A stretch of 32,590 bases of DNA from contig JAVECL010000255.1 in the NCBI GenBank assembly GCA_051942245.1, forward strand, positions 1 through 32,590, in the 5' to 3' direction. The notes below the pieces were generated by a model that had not been told where the DNA came from, did no database searches, and was given only the letters and a program-made list of their open reading frames with translations. Origin of the DNA: Trypethelium eluteriae (taxonomy: Eukaryota). The position numbers were made by a program, and so were the translations under genes. Positions 10,785 to 23,300 of this stretch are shown piece by piece (position 1 is the first letter of the stretch; every line of letters begins with the position of its first letter).

Positions 10785-12816
10785 TTAGTCGTTCAGGCTG
10801 ACTTCTGACTCAACATTCTCGGTTTCAGATTCGTCGTCTGCATAGGTTATTAGGTCCTTAGAATCGAAAGGCTCTTTCACCTTAGACTCGGTGTTGAAAG
10901 ACGAGATCTTAGATGTCGGAAGATGTCGAGGAATGTCTAAACGCTCACTCTCGTCGAAAAGGTCCTCAACAAAGTCGGACCTCATTGGGCTTGAGAAGAG
11001 TAACTTGAGTGTTGCTGTTGGTTGCTTCCTGTATGTTTCGACCAGTCGAGAGATTAATTCTCTTGTCTTCTCACAGCGCTCACGCGGCTTTGAAAAGGAC
11101 AGTAAATCATCCAGAATTAGCACCAGAATCACATTCTGGTCTAGACTCATGATCAGAGACTCAAGAGATGCACAGACGCTTCCAAGATTTCTAGGCTTGG
11201 TGCGTGTATAGCACTGACGTAATACGGATTGATCCAGTCTCTCCCGGCACCGGTCTATCAATTGTAGCAACAAACTCATAGCGACTTCTTCAGGGGCCCC
11301 ATTTGAGTCTTGATGCCAGTCTCGATGCTGGCCACAGAAGAAGGCCAGTGGAATCAGAGCAACCTTGGGAGTCTCGCTGGTGCCAGACGCTTCGTGTTGC
11401 TCCAACAAGCTTTCGATTATTTTGACGCTGAACTGTGACACTTCTGAATCCCGTGGCCGACATGCTCGACCATTGAGGAGAATTGCTGATGGCTCGTTGA
11501 TAGTGAGCCACGCGCGCAAACGAACATTGGATTGAAGGGCTGCGAGCCGGTTCGTATCAATATGTGCACCTCGAAATCCATGGAGCTGCTGTTTCAATGA
11601 ATTACAATCTTCCGCCACGAGATCTGGTTCGTAAGAGAAGTGAGACAGGACATCCCCTGGCTCGAGGTTGGGGAGACTTTTTTGTTTAACTGGCATGCTC
11701 TGGTACTTCAAAAGCTTCTCCCTCCCTATAGTTCTGATCGTTAGAGTTTTCACAACGGAGAAGATAATGAAGGAAAGAGCAACATACATGCATCAAGAAG
11801 TAAGGGATCGAGCTTTTCTAGAACTTCTGCTCGAGCAATCCTGTCCTCTAGAAGCTCTGTACGATTGAGAATCGTTTGGACATTGTCATGCAAATGATTC
11901 ATGCGGTAGGCTGTCCAATATTGTAATTGAATTGACTCATCTTGAGACTGTCGTGAGAGCTTGACAGCATGGTTCTCAAATCGCTGCGCCGCGATTTTCA
12001 CCTCTGCTAAACGTTCATGTAACTTGTCTTTAAAGCCTACTGGGTTCAATGCGAGCTTTACACCAGTGATAAAGGTATTTTTCAAAAACCAACCAAGAAT
12101 ATGGTTTAGCGTGTTGAAAATGGCAACATAGAGAGCAGCAGTCCGGCAGTGTAACTCCCTGTCTTGGTCATATATCTTGACGTGAGCGGCGTGATCCGTA
12201 AGGATAAAGGGCAAGTCCTCGAGCGCCTTGTACACCTCCTCTCGATAGACTCCAGTCTGCCGGAGCCCTGAGAAAATGACTTTTATCCCGCCGCAGAGCA
12301 CAGAAGTAAACGTATCATTTGGTACCAGTGCTGCGAGATTCTCTCCTGCGCCGGCATTGCGACAAAGGCTTCGGAACACCCTTTTGAGCTTTCCCGATGC
12401 GCCAGAGAGGTCTTTGTCTTTCGATGCAAGCGTTTCTAACTTGGCGCACGCAGCTTCAACACTTTTTTCGACGTCGGCCCAGCTATTACTCGTGTTAAGA
12501 TCAAGCAGGGGCTGCCCCAGTTTCTTGCTATATTTGTTGGCGGTTGCCAGAAGGTCGTCTCGCGCTTGAGAACAGGGGGAGTAAATTTCATCATAATCAC
12601 TAAGAACAATTAGCTCCGCGACCATGAAACACACATTGAGAAGTTGCAAGCTCACATTTGATTAGTGGTGCTATTTGGCTCGAGCGCCCAGCGTTTCTTC
12701 TTGCCATCGAAAACGATTCCAGATCGCGGCCTGGCCAGCAACGCCGGGTGCGTTGTCCCGTCCAGCGAAGTCACCATGTACTCCGCAACCTCATAATGAT
12801 CGGTCATACTCAGCAT
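10785..12816 (-). CDS. Fungal NACHT/STAND-like protein with a helical N-terminal domain and a degenerate P-loop (~637 aa)
   Basis: Exons 12816-12656, 12599-11788, 11725-10785. Introns GTGAGC...CTAAT...TAG and GTATGT...CTAAC...TAG join the 301-aa and 334-aa ORFs in frame (1914 nt). Motifs RAWL...AILLNG, LAFFCGQH, LILDD and LKLLFSSP resemble the fungal NACHT N-terminal lobe, but there is no GxxxxGK[ST]. Confidence 0.75.
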
Positions 12817-13233
12817 GTATGTGCCATTGCTGTCTTGAAGCGCTCAAACGCGATAGGGAGATTCTTTCGGAAAGAGTATGAAGTTCATGGAGGATCGAGG
12901 GTTCTATCAGGCTGAGACAGACTTGGTCTGCTGCATCGAGCCTGACGGGAAGGATTGTCTAGTCTCTGATGGGCGTTTGCATGGGGCTCTCGAGGTCGCG
13001 GGGCGGCTCGTGCAAATATCTGCCAAGGCGCGTTAGGGCAATAGGCTTGCCTGCCTTCATGTAGCCCATGCAGTCGATCGAGATGGCTGAGATAATTAGG
13101 TGGTTGGAAAAGTCGCTAGGCGAGGCTAATATAAGGCACCCAGTCCTACCAAAAAGTCTACGGTACAAGCAAACGATCTCAGCCTTGACCCAACTTCTAT
13201 ACAACTTTTATCAAAACCTAAATTGCCACAAAC

Positions 13234-16200
13234 ATGGAGAGCAATAATAATAAAAATCCAACCCGATCAACGATACTTGGCGACTCAGAAGAAACATTGC
13301 AATCAGAACCGACCGATACTAGTGGTGCAAGCGATGTAGATATATCGCAAGCTGGGGACTCACAAGACGAAAAAGATCCAACACCCTCGCAGACTGAGGG
13401 ACTGAATTCAGAGTTTGCAGCAGATGTGTCTAAATTTATTGATAAGCTGGCACCAATAAGTCTCTTCTTTCCAGTTGACTTGGCAGACGAGTTGGAAGAT
13501 CTGAGAGCCACTGCTCAGGATGTTATAACAGCCAGACCCAAGAAAGAGCCTTTAGAGAAAAAGTGGGTATATCCTTGATTTCAATGAGCTACCTATCTGA
13601 AATATGTCCTCTACCCGAGCTTATCAACCTCGTGATTTTGGTCTGATTGGTATCTACATGTAGTCAAGAGCTAATGGGACACTGGTTAGACAATCTCAAT
13701 GGTCATGTGAGATCAAAAAGCTCGCGATGCAAGACTGGCACAAGTCTCCCATGATGTTTTTCTCTGTTGAGAGTATGAATATGCCTATCATTCGAGCATT
13801 CTACCTCCACGGGCCGGATGCATCTACTTCTACTGTTACGGCGGCTGCAGCGATGAATGCCGAAGCAGAAGGCGAAAAGGAGACAAGTATAGATGTTTTC
13901 GGTGATCAGAAAAGTCTACAAAGAATTGTGATTGACTCAGATATCCTCTGCTCGGAGCTTGAGTCGATAAGCTCCATCTCTTTTTCACATCGTCCAATAA
14001 TGTAAGTCATACTTCCAAAGGGAATGAGGAGACTCACTGACTGACTTGCGATTGAAGAGTCGCTCCGCCATATAAAGTGAGCAATCCGGCCGCTGACAGG
14101 TGAACTCTTCAACGTATCTCACTAATTGATATTCAGCTTCTCTTAAAATTCCTCCCAGAAATGCGTTTACGTTTGAGTGAAGTGAATCACAAGATCCGAG
14201 AGTTAAGTGAATTCCAATCAGGCAACGAGAAGTCCAACCCCGAAGGCAGCATCAACACCAGCGGGGAAGAAATCAAAAGTCAAGACATAAAGCCACACTG
14301 GTTCGATAGAGCAGTTAAGAATCTCGCGACCAAAATGGGTGACGATATAGCTTCGGGTTCAGATTCTGAGCACGAAAACCTGTCAATGCGTGTCTCTCAT
14401 CTGCAATGCTTATACGACTTCATCTGTACGGAACTTCACGATTTGATAGATCTCCGAGCTCAAGTAGGCGATGGGATCCTCGAGAAAATTAAGTTCGAAG
14501 ATCTCTGGCACCTCATCCAACCAGACGAGATAATAGTTTCCACTAGTTATGGATATCACCAACTGTACAAAGTTTATTCCGTGACTGGGGGTCAGATCCG
14601 AAGACGACCTCGCACCTCCGAAGAAATAGCAGAAATAAAGGAGTACAGACGAAAAATACCTCCACCACCCCCTCCGTTCGTTTTCAATCGGTTTGACGAA
14701 AGCTGGTTTGAACCCTTTGGTAGTAGTCTGTACGATCGAGACGAAGATGATGAAACCAGGCGACAGCCTCGAGAAGAGGCATCCAGTGTCGGCACTTGGA
14801 CACCATTCAAGATAGACTGCTATTCGATGGCTCTCGACGGCACATATGTTGGGCCAATCGAAGAATGTAAGAAGATCGAGTATTTTGTTGGAGAGAGACT
14901 GATCCGTGATCTTCCTGTATACCCTATACGCTTTCATCCACAGAAAGATGAATTTCTTCGCCAAATGGAGGACCGTGGGAGAAGATTCATATCCTCCGGC
15001 GGGCACAAGAGCTATCAGGGCAAAGTGGGAACGTGGAGACTTCAGGAATCCCGCGATGAGGTACAAAGCGATGTCTATGTAGACACTAGCGCATACTATC
15101 AACAATGTCCCTATAACAGACCTAACATTGGTAGATTACTCAGGAGCAGACAGGATCTTTCCGAAGAAGAAGAGCAAACACGTAGCGAGAAGAGAGCTTA
15201 CCGTCTTCTCAGCGGTCACCAAGTGGACCAAAAGATAGCCGAGGAGTCTATAGCTTCCCAACGCACTTTTCTCGAAAGGACAAAAGCCACAGATTTTGAG
15301 AAAATGCCGTACCACCTCTGTCTGATGCCGCCTCAAGTCATCGGGTATGTCTTCCGATTGCGCAAATGGAGTAAGTCCACCGGCTCTGTAATCGCGAAAA
15401 CGATATGAACTGCCGCAATCGTCTGAATTCTCATAACCGAAGAAGGCTTTTTATTCTTTTGTTGACATTTTTCAATAGGCCCTTTAGACGTTCATCTAAT
15501 TACAGATATCGACGAAGACTTTTCTGAGGCCGAGAAATCAGCATTTGAAGATCTCGTCATTCCTGAGAGATATCGGAAATTACTTATTGCTCTCATTGAG
15601 AATCACGCATCTGGGCTCCAGCGTCGTCAACAGAGACTGAGAACTGGAACACCTTCCGTTACCACTCAGATAGACCTGATACGAGGCAAGGGTCAGGGCC
15701 TAATCATCCTCTTACATGGCCCTCCTGGATCTGGCAAGACTAGCACGGCGGAATCCATTGCAGCGTATACAAATCGTCCTTTATACTCCATTACGTGTGG
15801 GGACATCGGCCTCACGCCGGATGTTGTGGAGGAACGCTTACGGTTGCACTTTGCAAGAGCTGACAAATGGGGTTGCATTCTGCTTCTGGATGAGGCGGAT
15901 GTCTTTCTCATGCGGCGTGATTGGACAGATACGACGCGCAATGCGCTGGTATCTGGTAAGTAGCCTTTGATTGGTCGGTATTGAAGCGAGATGTATAACT
16001 AAATCCGAATAGTCTTTCTTCGACAGCTCGAATATTATCCTGGAATTCTATTTCTCACAACCAATCGTCCCGGCGTTCTCGACGAAGCTTTCAAATCTCG
16101 AATTCATATCGCACTTAAATATCCTAAGATAGATCTTGAAAGTACCAAGAAGATGTGGACAAACATTATGAACCGATTTGAAAGAGACAACAAAGCAGCC

Positions 16201-16773
16201 ACCATTAAGGTTCAGTTCGATCGGGAAAGCTTACTTGAGTTTGCGGAGAGCCACTTCCAAAGCTGCCAGAAGGAAGGTCTCGAATGGAATGGTCGTCAGA
16301 TTCGCAACGCTTTCCAGACAGCGCTAGCTCTTGGCCACTATGACAGGACGACAAAGCTGCGTGAAAATCACATTACTGAGGAACAAGCTGCTGCAAGCGG
16401 CAAGAAAAAATGGATGACAGTCAAGATAACCAAGGCAAATTTTAAGAATATTGCCAGAACAGCGAGAGATTTTGAGGACTATATCGATCTACTTCGAGGG
16501 AAAGACAGTGACTTGGCGCGTCAGGCAGAACTTCGAGATGATGATTACGATCCTGGTGCACCGCGCGTAAGAAAGGACTATCCTAATATTCCACGTGGGA
16601 AGACTCCAGTGAGCCACGGTAAGTCAACCGCATCTTCTTCCAAAACGAATGCAACCAAATCGAGGAAAACGGCGTATGTGGACTTGGACGAAGAGGACGT
16701 CAAGGACGACGAAGATGATGAAGACGATGAAGACGATGAAGATGAAGACGACTCGGAGAATACGGACAGCTAG
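13234..16773 (+). CDS. Large fungal AAA+ ATPase (DUF7025-type N-terminal region, AAA core, lid, acidic tail; ~1053 aa)
   Basis: Exons 13234-13566, 13664-14001, 14058-14076, 14137-15370, 15479-15955, 16013-16773 (3162 nt; first intron boundaries least certain). Motifs KIKFEDLWHL, LPVYPIRF, DLIRGKGQGLIILLHGPPGSGKTSTAE (Walker A 15718-15741), LLLDEAD (Walker B), LFLTTNR, DEAFKSRIH and WNGRQIRNAFQTA. Confidence 0.92.
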
Positions 16774-17364
16774 AGATACTGTAGGACGCACGAATGGAAT
16801 GCATGTCATATATCATTAAATTAGCTACGATAACAAGCATGCCAATTGCCCCATTTCAATCTAGTTGCAGACGAAATGAGCGGACCAGATGCTGCTCAAA
16901 GAGTATTTAACACCAACATTTATTCTTTTGTCTCAGCAGAGGTTAGCTTATGTTATGGGGAATTCTTAAAGCTGGAAGCTACATATTTTATGACGCCATG
17001 CAATTTTCATAGGTGCAATAGCCTGGCAAACATTTTGGTTTATGGCATTATCATGACATGATCCCAGTACCTTCCTACGGCAAACATGTTTCCCACTTGG
17101 TTTGTGTCGCTCAATCAATTAGCATGCCCTAACCGGAGACAGTAATTCTGATAACAAATTCGAAGCAAATGTAGTGAAGAGCGCTCCACAAAGCACGCCA
17201 AGCAGCAAGAAGATAATTGATTCGGCCAAGAAAGCTGTACGATAATACTTATCCTCTGCCCCTCATCAGGTTCACAAATTATCTTCGGTATCCACTGCCT
17301 AACTCTTCCGCATTCTATCTCGAAAAGCAAAGATCAAGCAAAATGCAATAGATCGATAGCGGTG

Positions 17365-20300
17365 TCAGTCATTTCTTCCATGTTTCAGAGCCTTTTGAAC
17401 AATCTGCTCAGCTAACATTCTGATACTCGTCTCAGAATCCAGTAGATTCGGCAACTTCGCTCCCAGCGCCTGATACAGCCAGTTCCGCAGCTCAGCCGCA
17501 ATAAGGCTATCAACTCCATGGTCAGCCACACTCTTGCTCGGATTGACATTTCCCGCGTCGATGAAAAGCATCTCCGCAATCGTCTTCGTGATCTCACCCG
17601 TGACAAGCTCGACTGTAGATGCACGTGTATCTGGCCCAGCTTTGATAGACTCGTCGAAATGGCGTCGTAGCTTGACAATCCTGGTCGCAGAGTTGTCTGC
17701 GTCACCGTCGAGGCCAGCCTGGGCACTGGTGAGCGCGTGACGTCTCGCGTCATGTATCGCACGCATGATGAGCGATACGCGTCCGTCTCGGTGCCAACGG
17801 GGTACATTTGTTGCCGTCAGGTCTGCGAGGTCAATAGGGTTAAGGCAGGTGAAGAAAGTGGCTTCCGAGAGTGGATCGTGCCGCTGACCAATCCATTGCG
17901 AAGTGCCCTGGAAGCTCAAAAATGTGGGCTCAAGTGCAGCGAGCGCCTGGTATTCGGTCATAGTTGAGGCTAGGTTGCGCGCGTACATTTCTTCTGTTCC
18001 GTGCGAAGTCTCACGGAAGTCAGATGCAATATCCCTAACAAAGCCATATGATACGGTCGATGCAGGTAAACCGAGTCGTCGGCGATAGCGGGCAAAGGAT
18101 GTCGCGGAATTATCAGCAGCGATGTACGCACCCTGCGTTGGAGGCGCCCAGACTGCCTCAGTACTTGTGAGCATGACAAAAAATTCCAGAGGCAAGGCGA
18201 TTGTGGCTTCATGTAGGTTCATTATTCCTTGGGTTTTGGCTGCTATACCATTTCGCCACTGGTGGATAGTCAGCTTGTCGAACGAAAGATCCGACAAGGA
18301 CAAAGCTGTATTCACAACGCCCTTAATTGGCTTGTTTGCAGCTGAGACTTTGTGCATGGCTTGCACCACTTGGTCCAGTCTGCTAACATCACAGGCCATG
18401 GTTTCGATGCGTACCCCTCGGGCTCTCAAATCATTGAGCAGTATCTGCACCGCCAGTGTACTGGCTCTTCTTCTTGACAAAATAACAAAGTCATGAGCTC
18501 CATGACCAACCATCCACCTGATGATGCTTCGACCAAGTCCGCCCAGCCCTCCTGTGACGATATAGCGCGCTTCAGGATCGAAAGTTGCTGTCTGCGGCTG
18601 TCGGAGCAGTTTGATAGGACTTGGGTTCTGGAAAGACACTACCAGTTTTCCAACGTGTGTACCTCTTGAGAAGGTAAGCAAGGTCTGGCTAAGCTCCGAT
18701 ATATCAGAAACAGTGAAGGGCCGGATAGATGAGATCCGACCCGTTTGGTGGAGCTCATCTACAGTCTTCATCAGCTGACCACCAAGCTCCGGGTCGCTCT
18801 CCATGACCATGTTGAGATCGAACGAAGAGAAGTTGGCACTCTTCTGGAAAAGCTCCAGTCCTATTTCTTTAGATCCGAGTACATCCAAGCGGCCTACGTC
18901 GATAAGGTGGCCCATTGGAGCGAGAGCCTTCACCGATTGATACATCAAATCGCCTCCAACAGCGGTGCTGAGGACCACGTCGAATCCTCCCTTGCCCGTT
19001 GCCGTGGCAGCCCGGGATAGTGCTTCTGGATCTCGCGAGGAAAAGATGTGATCAATTGAAATTCCAATAGTATCGGTTAGAAAAGAGACCTTGTCGGAGG
19101 TACCGACTGTGGCAAAGATTTCAGCCCCTCGAGACCGCGCGACCTGGATAGCTGCAAGCCCTAGCCCTCCAGTGGCGGATTGGATCAGAACCTTGTGGCC
19201 TTCTCTGAGCCGCGCAACATGCTCAAAAGCGTAGACAGCAGACATGTAAACCAAAGGCATTGTGGCTGCTTCAATGAAATCATCCGAGGGCCGTAAATTT
19301 TGTGCAAATGCGGCTGGTACTCTTTCATAACTTCCAAAACGACCTCTACCCACACCGTAGACGCGATCACCAACGGAGAGCCCAGTAACGTTGACCCCCA
19401 CCTTGGTTACAATGCCAGAGTATTCAGAGGAGAGGTTGGAACTCGCTGTTTTATCTCGGCCTGTGGTCAGGGCGATATCCTTCCAGTTCAACCCCATGGC
19501 GGCGACCTTTATATCCATGTAGTTATCCGGAATGGGCTGCAACAACTCAGTGTATTTCCGAAAATAGAGAGAACTGGGGATACCCGCAGTCTCGAACGAT
19601 GCGCACACGGGTCCATTGCTGTTGATAGGCTGCATTTGGAAGCCTTGATGGGACGGTGTCACGATTGTCTCTGAGTACTCACCAAGTCCTGCATCGGGGA
19701 CTGCTCGGCTTACCCACAAGCAGCCGTCCTGCCAGGCGAACTCGCTATCAATACTTCCTTCGCCAAGCTCTTCGACTTGAAGATCGAACTCTTTATTGAC
19801 AATACTACAAACGAGATCGTCGTTCCCTTGCTCGAAATTGTCGCCCTCAACGTTAATGGAGAGGAAATGTCCGGCAGGGTTCTCAGTCGCAATGACGCGA
19901 AGAAGCCCGGTCATGAAAGCACCACGGGGATTATGGCCCTTGACGATGCCGCCAGATATCAACCAGACCATGCTTCGGACATTTCGAGCAAGGTATTGAA
20001 ATGATTTGAGACGATGTTCATCGGCATCGAAGAGATCATTCTCGCTGCTCAAAAAGGCAACGACACGCGCATTCGCGGGCACTAGTTCCATTGCGCCATC
20101 GAGTAGCAATGTCTTGCACGTTGCACCACGACGCTCAAAGTCCGCGGCAATCTGTCCTGAGAGGGGTGGCGGGCTATGCGAATCGTGAAGGAGATGGATC
20201 ACACTGGTCTCCTTTCCGACTGATTGGGTGCGGCTCTCTGCATCTTGTTCCTCCACACGGGTAGTCACTAGGACTGAAGTCGTGTTGTGTGGAGCATGGT

Positions 20301-23300
20301 AGTCATCAAGAACCAGATCAGTACTTGAAAACCCATTGCCAAGCATGCGCTCCTGCCAGGTCTGAAGTTCCATAAAGGGTCCCTCTGCACGACCGTCAGA
20401 CTGCCAATATCCTGTCAAGGTACCATACAAAAGGCCGAACAAAACTCTCATCCGGGTAGTTTCCACCAACACCAATTTACCGCCTGGCTTCAGAAGGCTT
20501 CGACAATGGGCTAGTGTTCGATCCATGCTGGCAGTCGCGTGAATGGCCTCACATGCCAAGACGACGTCGTAAACAGGCTGGAACCCATTTTCGAGGGGAT
20601 TCTGCTCTATGTCAAGAACAGAGTAATTCACATCGCGGTAATCAGACAGCATTTCTTTTGCAGATGCGAGAAGACCGGTCGAGATGTCTGTAAAGGTATA
20701 GTCGGCATAGCGCTTGATACCATTTGGTCCTACGAGCGCTTTCATCGCCGCTCGAGTCGCGGCGCCAGTTCCGGCTCCTATCTCCAGTATGCGAAGGTTG
20801 GGGTTCACATGACCCAGACGGTCCATTATGTTGAACACTTGCGGGTGAGAGCCGGCAATTGCATGACCGATTTCGTAGAGTGGTGTGAGCAGCTTAGCAG
20901 ACACCAGGGTATCGATCCCTGTTCTTTGCTCGTTGAGGATTTCGCGCGCATTTTCATGCAGAAGCTTGGCCGCCTTGGCTTCCGGTCTGCTGCCAACCTT
21001 GTCGTAAAGCTTTTGGAGTAGTTGACGGCGCTCTTCTGGGGATAGCTTCCTGGCTTCAACCATATTTGGCCTTTCATCTTCCTCGACGATCCTCTTCATC
21101 CAATCAATCCAGTGTCTTATCTCTCCCTTTGGACAAGGTCCTTGACCGTCCGACATGAACGTTCCATGTATTTCGAATACAACCAAGCAGCAGATCATGT
21201 CGACAATCTCAAGAGCAGCAGCCCCTTCCGCATTCTCGATCGGAGGAGGAAATAGCTCGCGAATCTGACGATTGTTCAGAGTGCGGATGTCAGGTTTCCA
21301 GACTAATCTGGTGAATGGACTACTAAAAGGCCGCCTGGACTGCATCTCTCTCGTTAAGTTCGACTCTTTGAAGCTAGTGAAACGCATAGAGTCCACTTCG
21401 AGAAAAACATTACCGCTTGGGTCCATCATTTGCTATTGCGAGTAGGCGTTTCGAAGTCCTTGGATCGATCCATGAGCGATAGCCTCGCCCCAATCTTTTC
21501 CAACTCCTGCTTTTAAATACAGTTGCGACAGGTGAACAGGTACAAATGCAGCATTTGCCTTCTCGATTTGACCGCCATAGAAGGCGATAATCGCCAGTTG
21601 GAAAGCAGCATCCAAAGCGGTTGGGTGCAGAGGATAACTTGACTCTCCTCCTTTGATGGTGCCAGCCGTTTTGTTCAACGCTACGGTAGCCCTGGCAAGA
21701 TTCCGATGGGGATCCACCCGGATTTCTGAGACTGACTGGAACATCTTGCCATATCCGAGGCCAATCTCGGTGAACTTTTCATACCACGCCTTGGAGCTTG
21801 GGAATCTATGGTCCATCTCATCGTTCAGCTTGTTCTTTTCTACTGGCGGGGAGACCTCGACCTTGACTAGACCGGTACAGTGTTGAGTCCACTCGTTTGA
21901 ATTTCGGGTTACCGATGTGACCACGAATTTGGCCCATTCTGGTGTCTTGGCCGTTACCGTATCCACAAGCTCCATGCTGAGTACTATTTCAATACCGTAG
22001 TCATCCTCAGGGATCCTCAAGGCAGTGTCGATATCGACTTTGCGAAACGAATACCCCGTGATTTCCAAAGCGCCCGGAATGTCGTAATGGACTCTGATAG
22101 CAGCTTCTATTCCCAGGGCAACAAAGCCTGCAGCAGGGAAAACAGCATCTGCAGAGTAGATCGTTAATTAGTGTTCAGCGTACTAGTGTCCAAGGTCAGC
22201 TTCTTACCCGGCAGTAGACGGTGGTCACCCAGCCACGGAACATCATTTTTTCGAAGGAAGTTCCTCCATTGGGGCTGGAGCCTGCTAGCCCCCGGCACTT
22301 TGGAGCCAAGAAGGTCGTGTCTGATCACATCTCGCAGTCGATATTCCTTGCTAACCCGGCTTTCGTAGTAGTTCACTGACCCATATGTGTACCGAAAGGT
22401 TGGAAGATCAACTGCAGTACAACCGTGTGTAAGAATCCGCTCCTTCTCAAATGTTCCACCGTCCACGGAGTTTACTGCGACGAGGTCAATCTCAGCATTG
22501 GTAGCAAACAACGTTCCAGCAAGCTGTAAGAGCGAATTCCGGTCATCCTCATTTCTTTGCAGTGACGGTATATATTGCGCAGGCTTGCCAATTCCCTTGA
22601 GGATTTGCTCCAAGGGACCCTTCAAAGCTTGCATGAGGTCCGATTTCAATAAGCATATCAATCGCTGTGCCATTTTCTAGGCTCATCAGTTTCGTGACGG
22701 CTTGAGTAAATCTCACTGGTGATTCGAGGTTTGCTTTCCAGTAGTCGGCTGCCAACTCTTCGTCACAGATCACTTTGTCTGGTTTCACTGAGGACACCCA
22801 TGGAATCCTAAGATAACGCTGCGTTTCCTTGACCAGCCCAAGCTTCGTTAAACGCTGAGCACCACTGTAGAGCATATCAACATATGCGCCACCGATAGCC
22901 AGCATATGATGCGAGTGATAGGCGCAGCCAGATGTGCGCAATACCCGGTTGAAGACGTTATCCTTGGTGAGTTGCATAGAGATCGCTTTAATGGCGTGTG
23001 CGTCGCCGGATAGCGTGACACTGCCAGGAGAATTGAAAGCCGCAATTGTGATTTGCTCCTCCTTGCCTTGAAGATAGCCCGAGACTTGATCTACTCCCAG
23101 GCCAACAGCTAACATGGCCCCGTTCTTCTTGCTCTTAGAGACGGCTTGACCACGAAAGTAAGCAGCCATGATAGCTTCGGCAGCCGTAATGTGGCCAGAG
23201 GCGTAGGCGGCGGCCATCTCACCCGAGGAGTGTCCAACAACGGCGATAGGTCGGACAGACCATGAGGCCAGGAGATCAACAATGGCTATCTGTACAGCTG

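Noticed and set aside
10102..10808. Several short overlapping ORFs
   Set aside because: No recognisable motifs or splice structure; probably 3' UTR or intergenic.
10785..12655. Two overlapping genes or a frameshift
   Set aside because: A canonical 62-nt intron (11787-11726) joins them in frame.
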